DNA of 64,000 nt from an uncultured Eubacteriales bacterium (GTDB taxonomy: Bacteria > Bacillota > Clostridia > Oscillospirales > Oscillospiraceae), in the NCBI GenBank assembly GCA_900321275.1, contig ONVI01000013.1, positions 117 through 64,116 of the forward strand, given 5' to 3'. The position numbers and the translations under genes are program-made. Numbering within the stretch: position 1 is the stretch's first letter; the number at the start of each line of letters is the position of its first letter. Positions 30,359-38,793 of the stretch are shown here, one piece after another. The notes under the pieces are model-generated. The model was given only the letters and a program-made list of their open reading frames with translations. It was not told the origin of the DNA and made no database searches.

Positions 30359-31060
30359 TTAAACATCAGACGAAATTGGAATGCGAAACGGGGTAAAATT
30401 GATGAAATCCGCCGAAACAAGCTTAAACTCCGTCCCCTCATGCCAGCCGTTGTACGCCCATGCGCAGCCCTTGCCGTGGATATGGCCGTAGCAGCAGAGT
30501 CCGACGCGGTGCTCCTTCAGAAGATCAAGGATCTCCCCGCAGCGGTAGTTGGCATAGATCGGCGGGTAGTGGAGGAAAACCAGCTTTTTCCTGTCCCCCG
30601 CCGCTTTCAGGGACGCCTCCAGGCGCATGATCTCCCGGCGCATGATCTTCAGGTCATGCTCGCCGCCCTTCTCCTCCTCATAAAACCAGCCGCGGGTGCC
30701 GCAGATCGCGTATTCCCCATAAATAAAAGCGTTGTTGTGCAGGATATCGATGCTCTTGACGCCGATCTCTTCAAAGAAGCGTTTGGTTTTTGCGGCGGTG
30801 GTCCACCAGTAATCGTGGTTGCCTTTTAAGATCAGCTTCCTGCCGGGCAGGGAATCCACGAACAGGAAATCCGGGGCGGTCTCCTCCAGACTCATGCCCC
30901 AGCTCAGGTCGCCGCAGAGAACCGTAATATCTTCGTCCTTCAGATGGGAGAAGGAAGCGCGCAGCTTATCCTCGTGGTTCCGCCACTTGTCGCCGAAGAC
31001 GTCCATCGGCTTTTCCTTGGCAAGAGACAGATGGAGATCCCCGATGGTGTATAAAGCCAT
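30359..31060 (-). CDS. Calcineurin-like metallophosphoesterase
   Basis: 'GDLHL', 'CGDLS', 'GNHDYW', 'GHIHG'. Confidence 0.85.
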   Translation of the reverse strand: MALYTIGDLHLSLAKEKPMDVFGDKWRNHEDKLRASFSHLKDEDITVLCGDLSWGMSLEETAPDFLFVDSLPGRKLILKGNHDYWWTTAAKTKRFFEEIGVKSIDILHNNAFIYGEYAICGTRGWFYEEEKGGEHDLKIMRREIMRLEASLKAAGDRKKLVFLHYPPIYANYRCGEILDLLKEHRVGLCCYGHIHGKGCAWAYNGWHEGTEFKLVSADFINFTPFRIPISSDV

Positions 31061-31132
31061 AAATCCTCCGAATAATCAAAGCGCAAAAGCAGATAATAAG
31101 GCCGAAATCCAAAACGAACGGAGGCAATATCC

Positions 31133-31309
31133 ATGAGCGAAAAGAAAACGCACAAGGAAAATCCCGGCGTCGGCTGCGACGTGATCGCCTGCAAATACAA
31201 CACCGTGGACTGCCGCTGCAGCGCGGAGCAAATCAGCGTCCAGAACGAGAACGCAAGCTCCAAGGGCGAGACCTACTGCTCCACCTTCTGCCCGCGGGGG
31301 AGCTGCTGA
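31133..31309 (+). CDS. Small Cys-rich DUF1540-type protein (58 aa; below the cutoff of the supplied ORF track)
   Basis: GGAGG lies 9 nt upstream of the ATG. Translation is MSEKKTHKENPGVGCDVIACKYNTVDCRCSAEQISVQNENASSKGETYCSTFCPRGSC, with the 'C.V..C.YN....C.A..I.V' and 'T.C.TF' pattern of DUF1540. Confidence 0.75.
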   Translation: MSEKKTHKENPGVGCDVIACKYNTVDCRCSAEQISVQNENASSKGETYCSTFCPRGSC

Positions 31310-31348
31310 CCGCGCCCTGACTGACGCATCAACCTGAGCGCCCACTCT

Positions 31349-31427
31349 GTGTCATTCTGCGTGCAGCGAAGGGTTCCCCGAGTATTGCGTATCCATACGG
31401 GATCCTTCGCTTCGCTCAGGATGACAC
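31349..31427. repeat. Inverted-repeat (MITE/REP-like) intergenic element, copy B (inverted relative to copy A)
   Basis: GTGTCATTCTGCGTGCAGCGAAGGGTTCCCC ... GGGATCCTTCGCTTCGCTCAGGATGACAC. Confidence 0.7.
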
Positions 31428-31451
31428 AATAAAAGATACATAATAATGGTC

Positions 31452-31820
31452 TCACACCGAGAATGCGTTCTCCAGATGGCGGATCGCGGGATGCCGCGTA
31501 TCCGTCCCGTTCGGCGCATAGATCTCGATCACGTCGAAGCGCGGCTGCAGCTCACATGGATTCTTCATAAGCCAGAATTCGGCCGCGCTCACGACGCGGC
31601 GCTGCTTGCTGAAGGTCACGAACTCCCGCGCTTCGCCGAAGTCGGCGTTCTTGCGCAGCTTGACCTCCACAAACGCGACAACGCCGCCTCTGCGGGCGAT
31701 GATGTCGATCTCTCCCGAGCGGCAGCGAAAGTTGCGCTCCATAATATGGTAGCCGTGCAGGCGCAGATAGACCGCCGCGCGATCCTCGCCCCAGGTGCCG
31801 ATCTCTTTCTTTCCGTTCAT
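31452..31820 (-). CDS. yraN: YraN-family (UPF0102) endonuclease
   Basis: 122 aa with 'GEIDIIA' and 'FVEVK'. Downstream of rnhB as usual. Confidence 0.88.
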   Translation of the reverse strand: MNGKKEIGTWGEDRAAVYLRLHGYHIMERNFRCRSGEIDIIARRGGVVAFVEVKLRKNADFGEAREFVTFSKQRRVVSAAEFWLMKNPCELQPRFDVIEIYAPNGTDTRHPAIRHLENAFSV

Positions 31821-32419
31821 CCGTACAGTTTTTTCAGAAAGCTCATGCGATGGATCGGCGAAGGGCCGTATTCCCTCAGCATGTCATAGTGCAGCTTTGT
31901 CCCGTAGCCCTTGTGCTGCTCGAAGCGGTACTGGGGGTACTGCTTTGCCATTTCAAGCATAAAGCGGTCACGGCTGACCTTGGCGAGCACCGAGGCCGCC
32001 GCGATGTCGGCGCACTTCGCGTCGCCCTTGACCACACAGCGGCTGGGAAACGTGATGCCCGTATTCCGGTTGCCGTCGATGAGGGCCAGCGCCGGAACGG
32101 GAGAGAGCTTTTCGATGGCGCGGTTCATGGCGAGGAAGGTGGCGTTCAGGATATTCCTTGTCTCAATCTCCTCTACTGAGGCAGAGGCAATGCCGTAAGC
32201 GATCGCCTGCTCCCGGATCGGATCGAACAGGGCCTCGCGCTTTTTCTCCGTCAGCTTTTTGGAGTCGTCCAGCCCCTCGAGCACAAGACCGCGGGGCAAA
32301 ATCACGGCGGCGGCGTATACGGGTCCGGCAAGCGGTCCCCTGCCCGCCTCGTCCACACCGCAGATCAGGCGATAACCCTCGCCGTATATCTCATTTTCCA
32401 GCGTCCAAAGATCGGTCAT
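31817..32419 (-). CDS. rnhB: Ribonuclease HII
   Basis: 'GVDEAGRGPLAGPV' and 'DSKKL'. Confidence 0.95.
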   Translation of the reverse strand: MTDLWTLENEIYGEGYRLICGVDEAGRGPLAGPVYAAAVILPRGLVLEGLDDSKKLTEKKREALFDPIREQAIAYGIASASVEEIETRNILNATFLAMNRAIEKLSPVPALALIDGNRNTGITFPSRCVVKGDAKCADIAAASVLAKVSRDRFMLEMAKQYPQYRFEQHKGYGTKLHYDMLREYGPSPIHRMSFLKKLYG

Positions 32420-33284
32420 CGGGCATCTCCAGGGTCAGTCTTCCGAGCTTTCCCTCGTGGTATTCCTTCAACAACGTATTCGCCATGCGCTCGATATCAT
32501 ACTCCCCGCGGGAGACAAGAAAGCCTCGCTTCTTCGCCGCCTGCTCCAGCAGCTCATAGCCGTTCAGCGCGGGGTCGGGCTCGATCCTGTATCGCTCGCG
32601 CAGGGCGTTCGGGTAATTATCCCGCAGGCGCAGCATGAAGTTTGCGCCCAGGGTCTCCTTGTCAAGCACATCCGCCTTGATGGCGTTGGTAATGGCCAGC
32701 ATCTCCCCCACCTCCTGGCTGTCGAACTTGGGCCAGAGAATGCCGGGGGTGTCCAGCAGGTCGAGCCCCGCGTCAATGCTGATCCATTGTCTGCCTCTTG
32801 TGACGCCCGGCTTGTCCCCGGCGATGGCGGCCTTGCGGCCCGCGACCTTGTTGATAAAGGTCGATTTCCCAACGTTCGGGATCCCGAGGATCATCACCCG
32901 CAGCGGCCTTCCGACCTGCCCCTTCGCGGCATAGTCGGCAAGCCTGTCCTTCAAAAGCTCCCGCACAGCGGGGACAAAGCCGTTCACGCCCTTTCCGGTG
33001 CGGGCGTCCGTCTCCAGAATGGCGATCCCCTGTTCCTGAAAGGCTCTCTTCCAGCGCGCCGTTGCCTCCGGATCGGCAAGGTCGCAGCGGTTGAGGATCA
33101 CGAGGCGCGGCTTTCCGGCGGCGAGACGGTCGATATCCGGGTTGCGGCTGGAAAACGGGATGCGGGCATCCAGAATTTCGCACACCGCGTCGACCAGCCT
33201 GAGATTGTCTTCGATCATCCGCTGGGCCTTGGTCATGTGGCCGGGGAACCATTGGATGGTCATTTTTTCAAAGCCGTCCGTCAT
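32391..33284 (-). CDS. ylqF: Ribosome biogenesis GTPase A (YlqF/RbgA)
   Basis: Circularly permuted GTPase: 'NRCDL', 'DARIPFSS', 'GIPNVGKST'. Confidence 0.93.
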   Translation of the reverse strand: MTDGFEKMTIQWFPGHMTKAQRMIEDNLRLVDAVCEILDARIPFSSRNPDIDRLAAGKPRLVILNRCDLADPEATARWKRAFQEQGIAILETDARTGKGVNGFVPAVRELLKDRLADYAAKGQVGRPLRVMILGIPNVGKSTFINKVAGRKAAIAGDKPGVTRGRQWISIDAGLDLLDTPGILWPKFDSQEVGEMLAITNAIKADVLDKETLGANFMLRLRDNYPNALRERYRIEPDPALNGYELLEQAAKKRGFLVSRGEYDIERMANTLLKEYHEGKLGRLTLEMPDDRSLDAGK

Positions 33285-33868
33285 TTGATTACGCGCAGCA
33301 CCGACAAGGGATAAATCACCGCATAGGCACGGCCGAGGATCAGGCGGGTATCGAGCATGCCGATCTCGCTCTTGCGGCTGTCGACGGAAGCGTTGCGGTT
33401 ATCACCCATGACAAAGACGCAGCCCTCCGGCACCGTCTTGGGGCCGATGAAGTCCAGCTTGTTGTATGTCAGCTCGTTGATATAGGGCTCTGCGATGGCT
33501 TCACCGTCGATGTAGACAATGCCGTTTGCAAAGTCCATGTTGATTTCCTGACCTTCGGTGGCGATCACGCGCTTGACCAGTGCCTTGTTGGGGTCGTACT
33601 CCTTCTTTTTGAACACGACGACATCCCCCGCCTTCGGCTTGTAGAGGAGGCCGGAAACCAGCATCTTGTCCCCGTTGTGCAGCGTGGGCACCATGGAGGA
33701 GCCTACCACGTCAATCACATGGAACACAAATGCGAACAGGATCACGCACACGATCAGCGCGAACAGAAGACAGTAGATCCAGTCATAAAGCTCTCTGACG
33801 GAGGCATAGTGATCGGGCTTTGCCACAGCGGTCTGGTTTTTCATGTTGTTTGCCATAACAGTCTCCAC
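33281..33868 (-). CDS. lepB: Signal peptidase I
   Basis: 'GSSMVPTL' (Ser), 'VKRVIA' (Lys), 'GDNRNASVDSR'. Confidence 0.93.
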   Translation of the reverse strand: METVMANNMKNQTAVAKPDHYASVRELYDWIYCLLFALIVCVILFAFVFHVIDVVGSSMVPTLHNGDKMLVSGLLYKPKAGDVVVFKKKEYDPNKALVKRVIATEGQEINMDFANGIVYIDGEAIAEPYINELTYNKLDFIGPKTVPEGCVFVMGDNRNASVDSRKSEIGMLDTRLILGRAYAVIYPLSVLRVIK

Positions 33869-33991
33869 TTCCTTAAAGTAGTCATAGTATTATACAACAA
33901 CATTTTGCGAACGGCAACTGTTTTCTTTCATCAGGCTTGCAAAGCTGTATTCGCCTGTGTTATCATGAGGCGGAAAATGAGGTGGTTTGCA

Positions 33992-34981
33992 TTGAAGCTG
34001 AGCATCATCGTGCCCGTCTACAACACGCGGGACTATCTCGCCGCCTGTCTGGATTCGGTTCTGCTTCCGGGTGCAGAGGATTATGAGATCATCGTCGTAA
34101 ACGACGGCTCAACCGACGATTCCGGTGAAATCTGCGCGGAATATGAGCGGCGTTATCCGGACTTGATCCGCGTCATCACGACGGAAAACAGCGGTCTCGG
34201 CGCTGCTCGCAACGTGGGGCTTGAGGCGGCACGCGGCGATTATCTGCTGTTTCTGGACAGCGACGACAGTCTCGAAAAGGGCGCGCTGTCGGAGATTCTC
34301 GCCGCCATTGACGGCGGCTTTGATATCGGGATCTTCGATCTCAGGCAGGTCAACCCCTCCGGCGAGACGGTCGAGGTCATGACCGGCAGCGGCATGGGCG
34401 GTGATTTTACATTTGACGAGTACCCGGAGCTTCTGTCCCAGCCCCCCTCCGCCTGCAACAAGCTCATCCGGCGCAGTCTGTTCACGGACAGCGGCATCCG
34501 CTTTCCCGGCCGCGTCTGGTACGAGGATCTGCGCACCGTGCCGAAGCTCTACCCGCTGGCGGGAACGATCCGCTACATGCCGCGCGCCTGGTACCGCTAC
34601 CTGCTCCGTCCGGGCTCCATCACGAACAACGCGAACACCGCGCGGAATCTGGAGATCATCGACGCCGTGGAGGATCTTTTGAACTGGTACAGGCAGGCCG
34701 GATTCTATGCGCGTTATGAGCCGCAGCTGTGCGCCATGGCCCACTACAACGCCTTTCTGACCGCCTCCGTGCGCGTCAACGCGGCCGATCCCGGAAGCGA
34801 GGTGCAGGAGAAGCTGCTGCAGTGGTTTCTCGCCGCGTTTCCAAACTGGCGGGAGAATCCGTATCTGCAGAACATGATCCCGAAATACCGCCTTTTGAAC
34901 GGTCTGCTCATGCGCAGGATGCGGCGCAGCGTCTACTGCGTCATGAAGCTCAACGACCTTGCGAAGCGGAAAAAGGGATAA
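33992..34981 (+). CDS. Family-2 glycosyltransferase
   Basis: 'LSIIVPVYNTRDYL' and 'FLDSDDSL'. Start proposed at the TTG at 33992, 6 nt after GAGGTGG. In-frame ATGs at 33965 and 33977 are alternatives. Confidence 0.8.
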   Translation: MKLSIIVPVYNTRDYLAACLDSVLLPGAEDYEIIVVNDGSTDDSGEICAEYERRYPDLIRVITTENSGLGAARNVGLEAARGDYLLFLDSDDSLEKGALSEILAAIDGGFDIGIFDLRQVNPSGETVEVMTGSGMGGDFTFDEYPELLSQPPSACNKLIRRSLFTDSGIRFPGRVWYEDLRTVPKLYPLAGTIRYMPRAWYRYLLRPGSITNNANTARNLEIIDAVEDLLNWYRQAGFYARYEPQLCAMAHYNAFLTASVRVNAADPGSEVQEKLLQWFLAAFPNWRENPYLQNMIPKYRLLNGLLMRRMRRSVYCVMKLNDLAKRKKG

Positions 34982-35089
34982 AACCAGCGTTTCCTCAGAA
35001 TATGATTTTTCTTGACAAACCCGGCGAGAGATATTATAAATGCAAAACAGTGATTTTTATTCGTGTTCCGGCAAAAGGGAGGAACGATT

Positions 35090-37372
35090 ATGGCAAAAAT
35101 GGCAGATTTGGAATTCAAGATCCATGAGATCACCGATCGAATCCGGGAGCTGCGCTCGATTCTCGGCATTACCGAGGAGGAGATGGCGGAAAAGCTCGGT
35201 CTCCTGACGGAGGACTATCAGGCCTACGAGGCCGGCGAAGAAGAGCTGAACTTCGCCTTCCTCTATACCTGCGCCCAGATTCTCGGCGTCGACGTAACGG
35301 AGCTCATCGAGGGCGTCACGCCCAACCTGCGCAGCTATATCCTCACCCGCAGCGGCGAGGGGCAGCGCGTGGAACAGGCCCACGGCATGACCTACTATAA
35401 CCTGGCCTACAAGTTCCGCCGCCGTATTGCCGAGCCGCTGTTTGTCCACAGCGTTTTCAGCGAGGCCGCGCAGCTGCGCCCCATCGAGGTCACCACCCAC
35501 GAGGGCCAGGAGTTCGATATCGTCATCAGCGGCTACCTGAAGATCCAGCTCGGCAAGCATACGGAGATCCTCGGTCCGGGCGACACGATCTATTTCGACT
35601 CCACCACGCCCCACGGCATGATCGCCACCAACGGCGCCGACTGCGATTTTTACGCCATCGTGCTCACACCCGAGGAGCAGCTTGAGCCCCAGCCCGAGGT
35701 GCAGCCCGCCATCACCGCCATGCGCGAAACCGGGCGTAAGCGCATCTACGAAAACTTCATCACCCCGCTGGAGGACGGCAGCGACATGCTGCGCGGCGTC
35801 CGCTTTGAAAATACCGACCGCTTCAATTTCGCCTTCGACGTAGTGGACGCCCTGGGCGAGCAGCAGCCGGACAAGCTTGCCCTGCTGCATGTGGACCGCC
35901 ATATGAAGGAAAAGCGCCTGACCTTCGGCGACATGCGGAAGATGAGCGGCCGGGCCGCCAACTACTTCCGCTCTCTCGGCATCGGGAAGGGCGACAAGGT
36001 CATGCTGGTGCTGCGGCGCAACTGGCAGTTCTGGCCGATCCTGCTGGGGCTTGAAAAGCTGGGCGCCGTCGCGATCCCGGCGGTGGATCAGCTTCTGGAA
36101 AAGGACTACCTCTACCGTTTCGAGACCGCGCATGTCAGCGCCATCATCTGCACCGCCGACGGCGACAGCACCCGTCAGAGCGCGCACGCCATCGAGCAGT
36201 ACGGCAAAATCACCAACAAGATCGTCGTCAACGGGGATGTGGAGGGCTGGCGCAGCTTCGACCGCGAGTTTGAGATGTTCTCCAGCCGTTTTGCCCGCAC
36301 GGATGACGCCATCTGCGGCGACGATCCGATGATGATGATCTTCACCTCCGGCTCCACGGGCTATCCGAAGCTGGCCTGCCACAACTGCAAGTACCCGCTT
36401 GGGCATTTCGTCACCGCGCGCTACTGGCACTGCGTCGATCCCGACGGTCTGCACCTGACCATCTCCGACACCGGCTGGGCCAAGGCCATGTGGGGCAAGA
36501 TCTTCGGCCAGTGGCTGTGCGAGGCGGCGGTCTTCGTCTTCGATTTTGACCGCTTCAACGCCGACGAGATCATGCCCATGTTTGCCAAATACAAGATCAC
36601 GACCTTCTGCGCGCCGCCCACCATGTACCGCATGCTCATCAAGCAGGATCTGAGCCATTACGACCTCAGCTCCATCCGCCACGCCTCCACCGCGGGCGAG
36701 GCCATGAATCCCGAGGTGTTCAACCGCTTCCGCGAGGCCACGGGTCTGAGCATCATGGAGGGCTTCGGCCAGACCGAGACCACTGTGGTTCTCGGCAACT
36801 TTGTGGGCATGGTGCCGAAGATCGGCTCCATGGGCAAGCCCAACCCGCAGTATGACGTGGAGCTCATCACCCCCGAAGGCAAACCCGCCCCCGCCGGCGA
36901 GATCGGCGAGATCTGTATCTTTACCGGCGACGGTACGCCCTGCGGCCTCTTCGCCGGGTACTACGAGAACGAGCAGGAGACCGGCGCGTGCTGGCACGAC
37001 GGCTACTACCACACCGGCGATCTCGCCTGGCAGGATGAGGACGGCTACTTCTGGTATGTCGGCCGTGCGGACGACGTGATCAAGTCCTCCGGCTACCGCA
37101 TCGGGCCGTTCGAGATCGAGAGCGTCCTGATGGAGCTGCCCTACGTGCTCGAGTGCGGCGTCACCGCCGTGCCGGACGAGGTGCGCGGTCAGGTCGTCAA
37201 GGCCTGCATCGTCCTTGTCAAGGGCAAGGAGGGCACCGACGAGCTCAAGAAAGAGATCCAGAACTACGTTAAAAAGCGCACCGCGCCTTATAAATATCCC
37301 CGGATTGTGGAGTTCCGCGAGGAGCTGCCCAAGACTACCAGCGGCAAGGTCATCCGCAGCAAGCTGAAATAA
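35090..37372 (+). CDS. Three-domain fusion: XRE-type HTH + cupin + AMP-forming (medium-chain/ACSM-like) acyl-CoA synthetase
   Basis: HTH at aa 1-65 (IRELRSILGITEEEMAEKLGL...YEAGE). Cupin at aa about 70-190 (HEGQEFDIVISGYLKIQLG...GDTIYFDSTTPHG). Adenylation domain from aa about 215 on (MIFTSGSTGYPK, YYHTGD, SGKVIR). GGGAGG precedes the ATG at 35090. Confidence 0.85.
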   Translation: MAKMADLEFKIHEITDRIRELRSILGITEEEMAEKLGLLTEDYQAYEAGEEELNFAFLYTCAQILGVDVTELIEGVTPNLRSYILTRSGEGQRVEQAHGMTYYNLAYKFRRRIAEPLFVHSVFSEAAQLRPIEVTTHEGQEFDIVISGYLKIQLGKHTEILGPGDTIYFDSTTPHGMIATNGADCDFYAIVLTPEEQLEPQPEVQPAITAMRETGRKRIYENFITPLEDGSDMLRGVRFENTDRFNFAFDVVDALGEQQPDKLALLHVDRHMKEKRLTFGDMRKMSGRAANYFRSLGIGKGDKVMLVLRRNWQFWPILLGLEKLGAVAIPAVDQLLEKDYLYRFETAHVSAIICTADGDSTRQSAHAIEQYGKITNKIVVNGDVEGWRSFDREFEMFSSRFARTDDAICGDDPMMMIFTSGSTGYPKLACHNCKYPLGHFVTARYWHCVDPDGLHLTISDTGWAKAMWGKIFGQWLCEAAVFVFDFDRFNADEIMPMFAKYKITTFCAPPTMYRMLIKQDLSHYDLSSIRHASTAGEAMNPEVFNRFREATGLSIMEGFGQTETTVVLGNFVGMVPKIGSMGKPNPQYDVELITPEGKPAPAGEIGEICIFTGDGTPCGLFAGYYENEQETGACWHDGYYHTGDLAWQDEDGYFWYVGRADDVIKSSGYRIGPFEIESVLMELPYVLECGVTAVPDEVRGQVVKACIVLVKGKEGTDELKKEIQNYVKKRTAPYKYPRIVEFREELPKTTSGKVIRSKLK

Positions 37373-37379
37373 TCACATA

Positions 37380-37427
37380 CAAATACTGTCAGGGGCCGAT
37401 CCGAGGATCGGCCCCTGACAGTATTTG
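37380..37427 (+). terminator. Perfect 22-bp-stem hairpin after the acyl-CoA synthetase fusion; first of three consecutive hairpins (to 37474)
   Basis: CAAATACTGTCAGGGGCCGATC-CGAG-GATCGGCCCCTGACAGTATTTG. No T-run, so the terminator function is inferred from position only. Confidence 0.55.
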
Positions 37428-37561
37428 CTGCCTGTGAACACGCCGGCTCACAGGCAACGGCGCCTTGCGCCGTTGAAGATCCGTATTGCAGGTGTCGGTT
37501 CAGTAAAGAAAAGGCTCCGCTTCAAATACGTAAGTAAATGTTTTTATGTGAAAATTCAATC

Positions 37562-37590
37562 TTTACATACGCAGTTTTATGTGTTATACT
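37562..37590 (+). promoter_or_regulatory. Sigma-A-type promoter of the YolD-like/SRAP pair
   Basis: TTTACA-17 nt-TATACT. It lies inside the 5' extension of the track ORF, which argues for the downstream ATG at 37651. Confidence 0.5.
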
Positions 37591-37650
37591 GACGCCGAAC
37601 ATCCGGAAAGGAGGCGGCGGGCAAAGGATTGCGGACGCCGCACGACAGAA

Positions 37651-38136
37651 ATGAACCAGACTGTTGAGCAGAAATATCCCCGCGCTTTTCACGGCTGCCG
37701 GCCGCAGCACGCGCTCTGGGACGATTTTTCCGTCCGTCACCCCAAAATGCCGCCGGAACGCCGTGCAAAGATTTTCTCTCCCTTCGATGCGCTCCGGGGC
37801 TTCGATCTGGCTATTGAGGACAAGCTCCGTCTCTATGTCGACAAACGTGAGCCGGGCGAGGAGGAGCAGCTGCGCCTGAATGAAGCGCTCACACGCCTTT
37901 TCGCGCTGACGCACAATCGGGGAACGGCGCGTGAAAGGCCGGTGCGCGCGACGGTGACCTTTTTTGTCCCCTGTCAGGATGCCAACTGCGACGCCTACGG
38001 CTGCCGCGGCTCCTATGAGACGGTGTGCGGCACGGTCCGGAAGGTCGATCCCCTGCTGACACGGACAATCCTGATCGAAGACAGGACGGTCGATTTCTCG
38101 GAGCTTGCCGAAATCACCATAAACGAGGAAGAATAA
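37651..38136 (+). CDS. YolD-like family protein
   Basis: 'RRAKIFSPFDALRGFDLAIEDK' matches the RA..F.PF.AL.G core of YolD-like proteins. The C-terminal half is 'VTFFVP...G.VRKVD...ILIEDRTVDFSELAEI'. The start is uncertain because the RBS is weak. Confidence 0.65.
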   Translation: MNQTVEQKYPRAFHGCRPQHALWDDFSVRHPKMPPERRAKIFSPFDALRGFDLAIEDKLRLYVDKREPGEEEQLRLNEALTRLFALTHNRGTARERPVRATVTFFVPCQDANCDAYGCRGSYETVCGTVRKVDPLLTRTILIEDRTVDFSELAEITINEEE

Positions 38137-38137
38137 C

Positions 38138-38785
38138 ATGTGCTGCCGCTATTATATGGAGATGTCGCCGGAGCTGCGCCCGATCGTGGAGGCGGCGCAG
38201 CGCTCCGGACTGTACAGAAACAACATCGCTAAAATCGCAAGGCCTCTGGTCACGGAGGGTGAGGTGCATCCGGACTCCCTGGTTCCGGTTCTCGCCTCCG
38301 GCAAGAGCGGGAAAAAAGCCGTCTTCCCCATGCTCTGGGGCTACCATGTGCCGGGGATCGGAAGGCTCATCGCCAACGCGCGCGTGGAAACCGCCTCCGA
38401 AAAGGCCGCCTTTCGGGAGGGCTGGGCCGCCCATCGCTGTGTCATTCCCGCTTCCTGGTATTACGAATGGCAGCATACGCTCTCCCCTTCCGGCAAAGTG
38501 AAGACCGGGGACAAGTACGCCATCATGCCCCGGGACAGCAGGATCACCTGGCTCTGCGGGCTCTACCGCCTGGAAGAAAACTTTCCGCACTTCGTCATCC
38601 TGACGCGCGAGCCGGGAGAAGCCGTCGCCTCCATCCATGACAGGATGCCGCTCATCCTGCCGGAGGAATCCGTCGACGCCTGGATCGACCCCGAGCGCAA
38701 TCCCTACAGGCTGCTGGACGCCGCGCTGACGGATATGATCTGTGAAAAAGCGGACGCGCGGGGTGTTTCCCCGCGCGCGAACTGA
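38138..38785 (+). CDS. SOS-response-associated peptidase (SRAP/YedK/HMCES family, DUF159)
   Basis: Begins MCCRYY, giving the catalytic Cys2 after Met removal. Also 'NARVETA', 'RCVIPASWYYEW' and 'HDRMPLIL'. GAGGAAG RBS. The start is 1 nt after the upstream stop. Confidence 0.88.
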   Translation: MCCRYYMEMSPELRPIVEAAQRSGLYRNNIAKIARPLVTEGEVHPDSLVPVLASGKSGKKAVFPMLWGYHVPGIGRLIANARVETASEKAAFREGWAAHRCVIPASWYYEWQHTLSPSGKVKTGDKYAIMPRDSRITWLCGLYRLEENFPHFVILTREPGEAVASIHDRMPLILPEESVDAWIDPERNPYRLLDAALTDMICEKADARGVSPRAN

Positions 38786-38793
38786 CATGCCGA

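Noticed and set aside
35057-37012. 651-aa minus-strand ORF. The same applies to 43441-45507 (+, 688 aa), 47423-49510 (-, 695 aa), 9777-11045 (+), 1550-2815 (+), 28931-30001 (+) and many shorter track ORFs.
   Set aside because: All are antisense or out of frame relative to strongly supported genes. They lack an RBS and motifs and have shadow-frame amino-acid composition.
37594-37612. Possible LexA (Cheo) box CGAACATCCGGAAAG just downstream of the YolD/SRAP -10.
   Set aside because: Only the first half-site (CGAAC) matches CGAAC-N4-GTTCG and the second half is unrelated. SOS control cannot be claimed from sequence.
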